Below are positions 18,342 to 27,560 of a DNA stretch of 40,297 nt, one piece after another (position 1 is the first letter of the stretch; every line of letters begins with the position of its first letter). The notes beneath the pieces are model-generated. The model did not search any database, was not told the DNA's origin, and saw only the letters and a program-made list of their open reading frames with translations. Origin of the DNA: a virus (lineage: Duplodnaviria; Caudoviricetes). The stretch spans positions 1-40,297 of IMG/VR virus record IMGVR_UViG_3300031949_000094. One strand, written 5' to 3'. The translations under genes were made by a program, and so were the position numbers.

Positions 18342-18595
18342 GACACCACCGCCTTTCCGCTTTTACTTACTGCCTCAATGATTAGATTGGTACATAGTGC
18401 AGTCTGGATTAACATCAACTTATCTCCATACTCATACCCGCGAGGAGAATGAAACGCCCTACCGGCATATGTCGAATAACATACATTGCACAACCAACCT
18501 GACTCAACCTGAACCCCGCGTTCCTCGGAAAAAATCAATTCAGTTGTTGCATGTCCACATGATTCACATTCTTCTGGCATTTCATTGGCGCTCAC
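18338..18595 (-). CDS. Small zinc-finger protein (85 aa)
   Basis: CESC...LCNVC; coupled to both neighbours. Confidence 0.65.
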   Translation of the reverse strand: MSANEMPEECESCGHATTELIFSEERGVQVESGWLCNVCYSTYAGRAFHSPRGYEYGDKLMLIQTALCTNLIIEAVSKSGKAVVS

Positions 18596-19260
18596 GACAC
18601 CACCACCTTCCCGTTATCGTCCCTAAAATCATGGTGGCAATTTTCCCACCTGCCGCATTCGTAGTTAGGATTGCCGTTTCGTTCAAGCAACCCCCGCTTA
18701 GCCCACCAATCGCGCCGATGCCGCTGGCCTTTGTAGCGTTGGCAATCCTCGCACGACTCGAAGCCGTCATCACCGTCGAACGTCAGCGGGATATTGCCAA
18801 GCGCTGCCAAGCGCCCCGCTTCCCCGAAGTTTTGTAATGACGCGGCCCACTGTTCGACTCTCATCAGGATCGCCGCTTGTGCTTCTTTGTCTCTCTTAGC
18901 CGCCGCCGCATCTTTGGCAAACTGATTGACAAATTCAAATTGGCCTGCTATCCAATCGTCTATCGCTTCGTCATAGTTGGCGCGGTCATCCGGCTCTAGT
19001 TCTTGCGGATCAATCCCCCCCTCGCGGTATCCATCGCGGTATACATCTCGCGCAGCATTTTTCAACAAGGCTTTATGCTGTTGACGCATCGATACCGCGT
19101 CACCATTTTTGAAAGTGGCCTTAACAATTGATGTCAGACGGTTAAAGTAGCCCGTCACAATCTGCCCGATCGTTTTCGCCTCAACGATGCGATACCGCGC
19201 CGCCAGATAATCAGCGGCCCGGCTCAACGTCTCTGCAACGGTCTGCTGTGCGTTATTCAT
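18592..19260 (-). CDS. Head morphogenesis / minor head protein (Mu gpF / SPP1 gp7-like)
   Basis: Follows the portal gene; helical body with Cys/His-rich C-terminus (SCEDCQRYKG...ECGRWENCHH). Confidence 0.65.
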   Translation of the reverse strand: MNNAQQTVAETLSRAADYLAARYRIVEAKTIGQIVTGYFNRLTSIVKATFKNGDAVSMRQQHKALLKNAARDVYRDGYREGGIDPQELEPDDRANYDEAIDDWIAGQFEFVNQFAKDAAAAKRDKEAQAAILMRVEQWAASLQNFGEAGRLAALGNIPLTFDGDDGFESCEDCQRYKGQRHRRDWWAKRGLLERNGNPNYECGRWENCHHDFRDDNGKVVVS

Positions 19261-20797
19261 GCGACCCATTACCTAACGACTTCTCCAACATCAGCCGCGA
19301 GGCCGTCATCTCGTCAATGATTGCCTTTACGGTCGCCGCATCGGATGCCACTGCATCGGCAGGCTTTATAGGATTTTTCACCGTATCGTTTACCATCTGC
19401 TGCGCCTTGTCGCGTTGAATACCAACCGCGACTAACAATTCAACCGCAACGTCCGGCGCGATTTCTCCAAGCGCAAGTTGATTGATGACATTAAGCGCCG
19501 CTGTGATCTGCGCTCCGTTAAGCGATAGATCGTTAATGGTCTCTGTCCCGTTCGTGCCTGCTGTCGTTGTACTATCCTGCGGCGTTTGCGGCTGTGCTTG
19601 TGTCGTATCGGCAACAGACAGCATCTCAGGCGTCATCTCTTCCCGTTGCGCCGCGTCCATCTCTTCAAAGTCTAGCATCTCGCGGCCCTCATCAACCGTC
19701 AGCACTGGTTTGCCCGTCAGCGTCACGACGCCATCCGCTTGGGCGAGTTGGATGGTCTGCATGATTTCATGAAGTGCAAAATCAAACACGAAGCGCAAGC
19801 CGAGCGGATCGAAGAATTGCTCATTCGCAGCCGACTGAATCAAGTCGCACTCAGGGAAAATAGTATTGACGTAGAAGCCGATCATCTCACTCGAAGCCGT
19901 CGCGTAGTTTGCGCTTGTCGAATCCAGCACCGTAGGCGGCACACCCAACGCCACTGCTACATCGTCACGCGCCGAAGCCGTGATCTCTGGTGTGATGCTA
20001 TCCTTTAGCGTGTGACCCACTGTTTCGACTTTCACGCCCTCATAGACACCCAGGACGCTAAACATTTTCTTGAGGCCCGTCGCCATGCGCTTAAAGAAAT
20101 TCTCGATCTTGTCTACATCGGCCTTCTGCGTCGAAAGCGGAACTGTCACCAACGACACCGGCACAAATCCTCCTGAGTAAAAGCGGGCTGGCGCAGCATT
20201 GGCCGCATACAGCAGGCCCGCCGCCTCTAACGCCACTTGCGCGGGAGAGACATCAGGATCGATTTCGCTGTCGTCATTTTCAAGGACAAAGCGAACGATC
20301 TGATCCTTTGGATACTTTCGCGTACCGCTTGACCATGAGATTTCATAGCCGACGATGCCCGCTTCGGGGTCGGTCATTACTCGCACCGATCGGGCCGGGA
20401 TGTAGCGGGGCGTGGGCTTCTTCCCGATTAGATTTTTCTCGATCAGCCAATATGCTACGCCGCGTTTGACAAGTGACTTCTCAACCAGCGCCAGTAGCGT
20501 CGTTAGTTTCGTCGTCAGATATTTGTACTCTTCCGCTTCGCTCACATCCTTACCGCCATCCGTTTCGATATAGTACGGCATGTGAGACACCGAATCGGCG
20601 CGCAAGTTGATCCCGCGATTCAACCACGGCACGCAGCGGTATGCCTTGTCCAAGTTGATCAACGTCTCGCTCGTGCCGTCATGCGGCCCGGTGATGAACT
20701 CCGTCATGGCATTCAGCGGGATACTGCCGCTGTAGCCGGTCTTGCTTTCGCCGAACGCGCTGATCACGTTGATCTCGTATTTTGCTGTGCTACTCAT
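19253..20797 (-). CDS. Portal protein with C-terminal extension
   Basis: Follows the terminase; AYRCVPWLNRGINLRADSVSHMP, GVAYW, VAVALGVPPTVL, ANYATA, LTVDEGREML. Confidence 0.93.
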   Translation of the reverse strand: MSSTAKYEINVISAFGESKTGYSGSIPLNAMTEFITGPHDGTSETLINLDKAYRCVPWLNRGINLRADSVSHMPYYIETDGGKDVSEAEEYKYLTTKLTTLLALVEKSLVKRGVAYWLIEKNLIGKKPTPRYIPARSVRVMTDPEAGIVGYEISWSSGTRKYPKDQIVRFVLENDDSEIDPDVSPAQVALEAAGLLYAANAAPARFYSGGFVPVSLVTVPLSTQKADVDKIENFFKRMATGLKKMFSVLGVYEGVKVETVGHTLKDSITPEITASARDDVAVALGVPPTVLDSTSANYATASSEMIGFYVNTIFPECDLIQSAANEQFFDPLGLRFVFDFALHEIMQTIQLAQADGVVTLTGKPVLTVDEGREMLDFEEMDAAQREEMTPEMLSVADTTQAQPQTPQDSTTTAGTNGTETINDLSLNGAQITAALNVINQLALGEIAPDVAVELLVAVGIQRDKAQQMVNDTVKNPIKPADAVASDAATVKAIIDEMTASRLMLEKSLGNGSHE

Positions 20798-21968
20798 CGT
20801 CACCCCCAAATAAGACCATGGGCCGCGCTGTCGAGATTGCCATATTGCACAGCGCCAAACTGATCACGGTATCATCGTGCATTCCGGCTGGTGCGCTAAA
20901 CCGCGTGCGTCCACTGTTGCTGATGATCTCGTAGGCGCGTAGTTCGTCGCCATACTCACGCGGAACTTTGAAGGCGTCTTGCACGAATGATAGATTGAGC
21001 GCTTCGATCAATGGCGGCTTGGTCGTAGCTGTGGTCTGAAAGCCAGTGACGGGCAGGCTGTCGTATTGCAACTCTTCCAAGTTCGGCTCGCCAATACTAT
21101 TAGACTCTACCAGCCAATGAGACACGCGCCACTTGCGATGATAACCCATCAGTCTATCGCGCTGTAGCCGGTAATCGATCTGATTGAACCGCGCCCAATC
21201 AACGACGCGCCTACAGTCACGACACCCAATCGTGATCACGGTGAAATCATTTGACTTCGCCCAATCAACGCCGCCCACCAGCGCATGACCGGCGTGCTGT
21301 TCTGGCGCGTCAGGCGCATCGAGCACAGCACATTGATCAACATTCTGAAAGTACGATCCGTCCGTGATGAACTCAGCCTCAATCTCTTGCTTGAACACCC
21401 GCTCTGGCAACATCGCCCGCATTTCGTCTATCTCTTGTGTGGCGATGTGCGGATTGTCTTTTGTGCGATAGTGGAATGTCGCCCAATCGCCCTGCGTCTC
21501 TGCCTGCTGACAAAGCATGTAGAAATAGTTGATACCCTTCGGCGTTGACGCGAAGAAGGCGCTGCCCAGGTAGTCGGCCAATGTCGGCCTGATCACCATC
21601 TCCCATGATTCTTGTAGCCTCTGAATCATGGCTGCTTCGTTGATGCAGACCAACGCATACTTGCGCCCGCGTGCCGCATCATGACTATCGAGCGACCACA
21701 TATCGATCACGCTACCCGTGATAAGTTCGAGCCGATGCTCACTGTCGTTGGCGCGCACTGTCACCGGTGCGAGTGTGTGCCGCACCTGTCGCCAGTTATC
21801 TAGCAACATGCGATAAGTCGGCGCAAACCACGCGACGGGCTGAGACGAGTTGAGCGCTTGATTGATCAGGATGTCTTGCAAGAGTATATCCTTGCCGAAA
21901 CGTCGCCCGCAGCGGATCGCGTTGAACCGCTTAGCCTGTTGCTTGATCGCTCGTTGCGCTGGCGTCAA
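20790..21968 (-). CDS. terL: Terminase large subunit
   Basis: Walker A CGRRFGKD; WFAPTY; Walker B VCINEAA; motif III STPKG; nuclease GVDWAKSNDFTV and HDDTVISLAL; start codon uncertain. Confidence 0.95.
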   Translation of the reverse strand: MTPAQRAIKQQAKRFNAIRCGRRFGKDILLQDILINQALNSSQPVAWFAPTYRMLLDNWRQVRHTLAPVTVRANDSEHRLELITGSVIDMWSLDSHDAARGRKYALVCINEAAMIQRLQESWEMVIRPTLADYLGSAFFASTPKGINYFYMLCQQAETQGDWATFHYRTKDNPHIATQEIDEMRAMLPERVFKQEIEAEFITDGSYFQNVDQCAVLDAPDAPEQHAGHALVGGVDWAKSNDFTVITIGCRDCRRVVDWARFNQIDYRLQRDRLMGYHRKWRVSHWLVESNSIGEPNLEELQYDSLPVTGFQTTATTKPPLIEALNLSFVQDAFKVPREYGDELRAYEIISNSGRTRFSAPAGMHDDTVISLALCNMAISTARPMVLFGGDDE

Positions 21969-22395
21969 GCGTGGCAGTTGTAGCCGCGTCGATGTACTCG
22001 ATAACGATGCGATGATTCACCTCGCCGCTTTGCTCGATCTTCTGCGGCGCGTCCGTGCCGATCAACTTCATCTTTAGCGCAATCGCACGCAACACGATCA
22101 GCATGTCGCCATCAGACCAGCCGCGCCGTTCTACCTGATCGAGCGCCGCCAGTTGCGCCGCCATGTGCTCACCGATCGCTGCCTCGGCATTCTTGCGCCA
22201 CTCATTCTTAAGCGCCTTTAGGTCGCTGTTGACCGTCGCCAGCGAAAATGCCGCGCCGTCATCTCCCACGATCGGCGGCTCGTATTTGGGCAGGCCCTTG
22301 ACTATCTCACGTTGAGATAGGCCCTTGAGACGCATCGCGCCCACGGCCTCGCGGCGCCTAACGATCAGGTCTTTGTTGGATGTGTTCAGGGTCAT
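21931..22395 (-). CDS. terS: Terminase small subunit
   Basis: HTH-like RLKGLSQREI...TVNSDLK; C-terminus LIGTDAPQKIEQSG...IVIEYID; directly upstream of terL. Confidence 0.8.
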   Translation of the reverse strand: MTLNTSNKDLIVRRREAVGAMRLKGLSQREIVKGLPKYEPPIVGDDGAAFSLATVNSDLKALKNEWRKNAEAAIGEHMAAQLAALDQVERRGWSDGDMLIVLRAIALKMKLIGTDAPQKIEQSGEVNHRIVIEYIDAATTATLDASATSDQATG

Positions 22396-22400
22396 GACGT

Positions 22401-23093
22401 TCAAATGCCTTCATAGAGCGGAGCGGTCGGACTTGCGCCGCCAGTTTGCGAGTTGGTACTCGCCGCGTTATCTATTTCGCCTGCTCCGCGTGGTACTCGT
22501 TTCGGGTAGGGCTTGCGTAACGGCTCGATCTGCGCTCGCATGGCGGGATCGAGTGGTAGCAAGTATCTGTATTTTACTGGACTCATAACCTTAATAGCAC
22601 CATCAGGGACGCGCCTGCGCGTCCCTCCGAAGTTACGCCCCGTATAACTTCTACGCTGTAGAAGTTTTCCGTTAAGCATGAAGTCAAACTTCTCACTCGT
22701 TGTTCCTGTGTAAATCCAGCCCGCCGCTTGATATATGCCGCCATGATGATTCTCGCGTGTATCTGCAAACGATACCAGCAGCCTCACGCCAGGGCTTTGC
22801 TTTTCTAGCATCTTACAAGCAATCGAGACAATGCGTGACACAGGCGACACATGATCAGTCAAAGCCACACGTACTAATTCAACACATTCGATCATGCTCA
22901 ATCCGAACATCTTGGACAGGTTCGGATTAGCGCCCCACGAAAATATAACAGCGCCAATAAACTCGCCAGACTCCCACACACCGACACTGACCTTTTTTGC
23001 TACTGGCATTGTCTTGCTATAATGCCAATGCTCCACGGCCCACTTAGCCGCCTGATACGAGCACCAATCAAGCCGCAAATCTGCCTTATTCAT
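22401..23093 (-). CDS. mom: Mom-like DNA adenine modification enzyme (GNAT fold)
   Basis: VEHWHYS, GVWESGEFIGAVIF, ELVRVAL, SRIVS, LVSFAD...HHGGIYQAAGWIYTG, KYRYL; start ATG 23093 coupled to the upstream stop. Confidence 0.8.
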   Translation of the reverse strand: MNKADLRLDWCSYQAAKWAVEHWHYSKTMPVAKKVSVGVWESGEFIGAVIFSWGANPNLSKMFGLSMIECVELVRVALTDHVSPVSRIVSIACKMLEKQSPGVRLLVSFADTRENHHGGIYQAAGWIYTGTTSEKFDFMLNGKLLQRRSYTGRNFGGTRRRVPDGAIKVMSPVKYRYLLPLDPAMRAQIEPLRKPYPKRVPRGAGEIDNAASTNSQTGGASPTAPLYEGI

Positions 23094-23617
23094 TGCGGTG
23101 CGAATTCCCCGCCGCATAGCGGGCAGGTGATAGGCGACTTCTGATCAAGCCTGCCCTGTTCGTCAACCGACACGGGCGAAAAGTCAGGCGGCGTCTCGCC
23201 TACCATCGCCGCCATGCTCAAATTATCTTGCCTGATCAGCCTCATCACCGCGTCATCTTCCGCCGCGATCATGGCGAGGATTTCACCATCGGGATCGTAG
23301 TCCATGTGCGCTATAACATTCGCGGCCACGCCTAGCCGCTTCGCTCGCGGGTCGTCGGTGTTCGGAATGTCGGTGCGCTTGACGATAATCGGGCGCGTGC
23401 CGTCCGACTCGATCACGATCGGATCGGCGTCAGGCATGATGTCGGCGGCAACTTCAAGCCGCAGCGACCCATCGAATGTTTCACCGTCATTCGCTACAGT
23501 CATCGCGCCGATCCAGCCGTCTTGCTGAATCGACTTTGGCAAAGCCGCCGCGCCGCGTTCGGTGTGCTTGTTCGCGTTGACGCGCTGCGGGCGATAGTTG
23601 CTTAGTTTGCTTGTCAT
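23090..23617 (-). CDS. ParB-like N-terminal domain protein with C-terminal CxxC
   Basis: NANKHTERG...SIQQDGW...DGSLRLE; ends ITCPLCGGEF; typical gene beside phage terminase and DNA-modification genes. Confidence 0.6.
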   Translation of the reverse strand: MTSKLSNYRPQRVNANKHTERGAAALPKSIQQDGWIGAMTVANDGETFDGSLRLEVAADIMPDADPIVIESDGTRPIIVKRTDIPNTDDPRAKRLGVAANVIAHMDYDPDGEILAMIAAEDDAVMRLIRQDNLSMAAMVGETPPDFSPVSVDEQGRLDQKSPITCPLCGGEFAPQ

Positions 23618-23618
23618 C

Positions 23619-23870
23619 CTATCTCCTCAGCCACGCGCTGATCTTGTGCATCTCTGCTACCGTCTTGTCCATCGGTATCTCTGGCGCGTCCAGATACGGG
23701 ATCACATCCGTGCTGATGATATCCGTCTCTTTCATCTGCGCCGTCATCGCCGCAGCGTCCGGCGCTTCATCGCTACGCCCGCCGCCGAACGCGCAGCCGA
23801 CCGTGTGCTCGATACGGGCAGGCGGATTAAGCAATTGCTCGAACAATTCAGATTCGGGAAATGTCGTCAT
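23619..23870 (-). CDS. Hypothetical protein (83 aa)
   Basis: Likely start ATG 23870 (MTTFPESELF) after GGTGGAGA, coupled to the small upstream ORF. Confidence 0.5.
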   Translation of the reverse strand: MTTFPESELFEQLLNPPARIEHTVGCAFGGGRSDEAPDAAAMTAQMKETDIISTDVIPYLDAPEIPMDKTVAEMHKISAWLRR

Positions 23871-23983
23871 TCTCCACCTATCGCCAGCGCGATAAAGACG
23901 AGCAACAACGAAATCAAGAAGCCCGCAATACTGACACGCATAGACATCTCTTCCTCTTCCTGCTGAATGCGTGACGGTTTCAC
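23867..23983 (-). CDS. Small single-TM protein (38 aa; not in the ORF track)
   Basis: GTG overlaps the endolysin stop; MKPSRIQQEEEEMSMRVSIAGFLISLLLVFIALAIGGE; stop overlaps the next ATG. Confidence 0.5.
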   Translation of the reverse strand: MKPSRIQQEEEEMSMRVSIAGFLISLLLVFIALAIGGE

Positions 23984-26376
23984 TTGCCAACCTCCACCGG
24001 AATTTCTGAAATCACCCCAGCGCGCACCCACGACTCGCGCCGCGCATTGAACGCCGGATCACTAGCCGACACGACGAAAGCAAACGCGCCAAGCACGCCC
24101 GCATCAAGCGAGGCGTAGTATTGCTTATACTGCCTGCCCTTCTCAACATCGCTATCGATCGCCACGTTGTTTGAAAACTCCGTGATGATGACGGGCTTGC
24201 CGTAGCCAAGCACGCGCCGATACCAGCGCCCGTGCTCGTTGCCGTCCATCTGCGCGGCAGTTGTCCAGTAACTATGCGCGCCAATCCAATCGACAAGGCC
24301 AGCGGCAATAGACGCCTTGAGAACCGGAAAGAAATCAACCACGTTAGGCTGTGGAGATAAGCCAGGCCAGCCGATCAACAACGTCGGAAAGTTGACGCGG
24401 ATCAAACGGGCAACCGCTTCATACCAGCCGCCGAATACTTCCGCCGTCGCCCATGCTGTCATGAAGCCCTCGTCAATCAAGTTAGGCTCGTTGTGTACTT
24501 CGACGTAACGCCCGCCCACCCGCGCAAATTCTGCCAGCCAAGCGCGCTGTTCATCAAAGAATAGCGCCGCATTTTTTAGCGATAGATTATCACCCGCAGC
24601 AAATAGACGCAGCACAATATGATCTGGCGTTAGTCCGCCGCCGATCAGCATTTGCATTTCATCGAATCCGGTGTTGGTCATGATCTTAGCGGCGTTCAAA
24701 TCGGCCAACGGGATGCAGGCTAAATCAAGATCGGTGCTGTGCCCATCAGCGCGCATGTGCAGGCCACGCCAAGCCGTTGATACCACTGGCGGTTCAACGA
24801 CACGCAGCACCGACTCAGGATCGAGCACACCGCCCGGCCACAGCGCGGAACAATCGGAACACAGAACGTATCCCTTCAACCCCTTGACCGCATCGTATAC
24901 GCCGAAATGCAAATGAATCGCCGCCGTACCCGTGCGACCACTCACACCGATCTGTTGCCCACGCACAACAGTTTGCCCGACGCTAACCATGACGCTGGAT
25001 AGATGAGCGTATAGCGTGCGATACCGATACGCTTCATCGCCCCACGGATGACGGATCACCACGTGCAATCCGTAGGACGTGCCGAGATGCGTGTTGATGT
25101 ACTCGATTATCCCATCTTGCGCCGCGAGGATCGGCGCGTTGACGCCAATCAAATTCTGATAGGCGTCGAAGTCAGTCCCCTCGTGTTTCAAATTGGCGTA
25201 GGTTCGCGGCGCGTTAAAGTGATCCGTGACGCGCATAGACTCACTACCGCCGACAGGATACGCACACCAAAACGGCTCAGGCGCCGGCGCCGGCGTAGGA
25301 ATAGGGGGCACAGCCCGGCGCGGATCGCCGGCTACTCTTGTCCAGGCCGTCGCATCAGCGCGATACCAATCCCCCGCGTGATTCGTGCAGTAAACTTGGT
25401 GGTCGTGATAGACAATCGCCTCAGCCTGCCCGCCCGCGAATTGTTTCTCGTCACACATGACGCGATAGCCTGCGTCTTTATTGTACGGCAGATCGAGATA
25501 CCAGATCGAGCCGTTGCTATCCTCGATCTGCATGGCGTAAGCGGTAAACTCCCCACTATACGACTCGCTGTCAGTTGATTCAGGCGTGGGAGAAACCGTT
25601 GCGATGTACTCACCCAATTGCGGGAGCGCCGAAGCGAAGTTACTCCCCTGCCAACCGCTGCCGCCCAACGTCCACAGCGCGCACGGGATGTCATGCTCCC
25701 TGTAGATCGGGTCTTGCGTCTTTACTATCGCCATGAAGTCATTGACATTTGTAAACGTCTCTGTTCCATACTCCGTGACGACGATCGGTATTGAAGCATT
25801 GATGATTTCTAGGTAATTCTGTAGCGACCTGAATCTCCCAATCGTTCCACCATCTGATCGGTATTCGTGCAATCCCAATAGCACATCAAAGCCGCCATCC
25901 CGCGCAAACTTGCAGGCCCGCGCAATCTCGGCATACGCTGCGTCATTGTCCTCATAGGGATAGGGCGGCGTCCCGCTGGCGCAGTTGAACATACACAGGC
26001 CAACGCCCGCCACATACAAACGCGGCATGAGCGCGATGTAGAAATCGGCTTGCTGCTGATATGCCCCGCTGCGCTCGTTGAAGTATTCCCAATATTTAAT
26101 GCCGGGATTACGGCGCGCCGCTTCTCCGATGCGGACAACTGCGAGATCGACATCATACCCGGCGTCATCCCAATCTGTCATCGCGCCGATCGTGAGCACG
26201 TCCGGCCATAACGCCAACGGCTCGTCAATCGCACCGAAGTTGTCGCGGACTTTTACAACGGATAGACGACGGCCCGCCTCGTTGATACGATTCAGGAACG
26301 CGGCGTAATCTCCCCGCTCTGCACCGACGCAGTGAATCCCCGCCATACTGATGACTTGATTCATATCATTTGCCAA
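23980..26376 (-). CDS. Multidomain endolysin: glycoside hydrolase-like domain, M23 peptidase, second glycoside hydrolase-like domain (798 aa)
   Basis: M23 zinc motifs HEGTD, YAHL, HLHF; two clan GH-A-like motif sets (WEYFNE/GLHEY/VVTEYG and EVHNEPN/GAHSY/IITEFS); Pro-rich linkers; next to holin-like genes. Confidence 0.82.
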   Translation of the reverse strand: MANDMNQVISMAGIHCVGAERGDYAAFLNRINEAGRRLSVVKVRDNFGAIDEPLALWPDVLTIGAMTDWDDAGYDVDLAVVRIGEAARRNPGIKYWEYFNERSGAYQQQADFYIALMPRLYVAGVGLCMFNCASGTPPYPYEDNDAAYAEIARACKFARDGGFDVLLGLHEYRSDGGTIGRFRSLQNYLEIINASIPIVVTEYGTETFTNVNDFMAIVKTQDPIYREHDIPCALWTLGGSGWQGSNFASALPQLGEYIATVSPTPESTDSESYSGEFTAYAMQIEDSNGSIWYLDLPYNKDAGYRVMCDEKQFAGGQAEAIVYHDHQVYCTNHAGDWYRADATAWTRVAGDPRRAVPPIPTPAPAPEPFWCAYPVGGSESMRVTDHFNAPRTYANLKHEGTDFDAYQNLIGVNAPILAAQDGIIEYINTHLGTSYGLHVVIRHPWGDEAYRYRTLYAHLSSVMVSVGQTVVRGQQIGVSGRTGTAAIHLHFGVYDAVKGLKGYVLCSDCSALWPGGVLDPESVLRVVEPPVVSTAWRGLHMRADGHSTDLDLACIPLADLNAAKIMTNTGFDEMQMLIGGGLTPDHIVLRLFAAGDNLSLKNAALFFDEQRAWLAEFARVGGRYVEVHNEPNLIDEGFMTAWATAEVFGGWYEAVARLIRVNFPTLLIGWPGLSPQPNVVDFFPVLKASIAAGLVDWIGAHSYWTTAAQMDGNEHGRWYRRVLGYGKPVIITEFSNNVAIDSDVEKGRQYKQYYASLDAGVLGAFAFVVSASDPAFNARRESWVRAGVISEIPVEVGK

Positions 26377-26392
26377 AGTACGATACTCACCT

Positions 26393-26686
26393 TCACCCTT
26401 CCCACTTCATCGATCGATTACGGCTATCACTTTCATCGACCATACGCTTACGCAACGTTTCGTTCGCATCAGTCAGCCCCTTGATCACACCGTTGAGAAA
26501 TAAGATTTGCGCGTTCGCGGCGGCCAGGCGGATGTCCAGTTGCTCGATCGCCGCGTTAAGATTCGAGACCGTCACGCGCAATGAGGTAAACGACACGCAC
26601 TGCGCCACGTCGATAGCGTAGACTATCCCATCGTCGGTGTGGCCTATCAACCGATGCCGCTGTATACCGCCGTCGTCTCCCGTCAT
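26393..26686 (-). CDS. Hypothetical coiled-coil protein (97 aa)
   Basis: Fills the gap in the lysis cassette; heptad pattern. Confidence 0.5.
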   Translation of the reverse strand: MTGDDGGIQRHRLIGHTDDGIVYAIDVAQCVSFTSLRVTVSNLNAAIEQLDIRLAAANAQILFLNGVIKGLTDANETLRKRMVDESDSRNRSMKWEG

Positions 26687-26700
26687 TCGTTAGCATATTC

Positions 26701-27027
26701 TCATTTGATTTCTAGCGGCCCAAGCGGGCCTGACTTGTACTCGAAGCGCGTCATCTGCGCGAATAACTCGAAATCAATTTCTGGCTTGTGTCCTGTCTCT
26801 TGTTCAAACTCTCTAAACATCTGGTTGAACAAGAGTGAAATTTTAGCCGAATCATTTCTATACGAGAGAAGCCACTCCCCGATCCGCACAATGTCTTCGC
26901 GGGCTTGCTCTTGCGCTTTTTTGATCGCGGCCATTTGCCCGGCGCGAGCATTGATCAACGCCACACACACACCACCAAGCAAGAAGAAGATACCCGAAGC
27001 AATGGCCGTTAATAAGCCTTCGCTCAT
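26701..27027 (-). CDS. Membrane protein with N-terminal TM helix (lysis cassette)
   Basis: LLTAIASGIFFLLGGVCVALI followed by a coiled coil; ATGA coupling. Confidence 0.7.
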   Translation of the reverse strand: MSEGLLTAIASGIFFLLGGVCVALINARAGQMAAIKKAQEQAREDIVRIGEWLLSYRNDSAKISLLFNQMFREFEQETGHKPEIDFELFAQMTRFEYKSGPLGPLEIK

Positions 27028-27416
27028 GGCGCAGCACGCAGCGCAAAATTGATCGATACAAAAATGATAGCGATGACAAACGCATAGACGGCGGAAAAAA
27101 CTACCATGCGGCCAGTCAAGTTGTCCTTGAACGATACCAAAGTTTTGATCTCTTTCTTAGATTCTTCCAAGTCACGGACGTAAGTTTCGCGCGGAACATA
27201 GTTTATTTGCATTGATTTAAGTTGTTCTGCCTCGTGATTGAGAGCAGCCAAGCGCCGTTCATATTCTTTAGCCTGCAATTCCAGCGCGGTTTTTATCGCG
27301 TCGAATTTCTCGTCGTATCTCAGTCCGCGCTCATCAAGCAACGCCTCGAACGCATCGAAGCGCATCGAGACGAACATTTGGAGATCGAACTGTGGTACAT
27401 CGGATTGTGTTGCCAC
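27024..27416 (-). CDS. Coiled-coil protein with C-terminal TM helix (lysis cassette)
   Basis: Charged coiled coil then MVVFSAVYAFVIAIIFVSINFAL. Confidence 0.7.
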   Translation of the reverse strand: MATQSDVPQFDLQMFVSMRFDAFEALLDERGLRYDEKFDAIKTALELQAKEYERRLAALNHEAEQLKSMQINYVPRETYVRDLEESKKEIKTLVSFKDNLTGRMVVFSAVYAFVIAIIFVSINFALRAAP

Positions 27417-27525
27417 ATGCTAAACCTTTGCCCGCGCCGCTTACATCCCTGCCCCATAACAGGGACACACGATCTGTAATCGCAAACGGCGCGGACATAC
27501 AGGAGGAACCGCCCCGTGGACGGTC

Positions 27526-27560
27526 AACAAAACAAGCGGCCCCTACTTGGCCGCTTGTTT
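27526..27560 (-). terminator. Intrinsic terminator spanning the holin stop codon
   Basis: 12-bp inverted repeat AAACAAGCGGCC (27530-27541) / GGCCGCTTGTTT (27549-27560); minus strand ends in TTGTTTTGTT. Confidence 0.6.

Noticed and set aside
19253-19620. Portal C-terminal extension (Thr/Gln linker and SLNGAQITAAL helical domain) as a novel fusion
   Set aside because: C-terminal extensions are common on phage portals and nothing here indicates a specific function
21631-21660. TerL Walker B reads VCINE rather than hhhhDE, suggesting an inactive terminase
   Set aside because: The catalytic Glu and all other motifs are intact, and NE variants occur in other terminases to my knowledge
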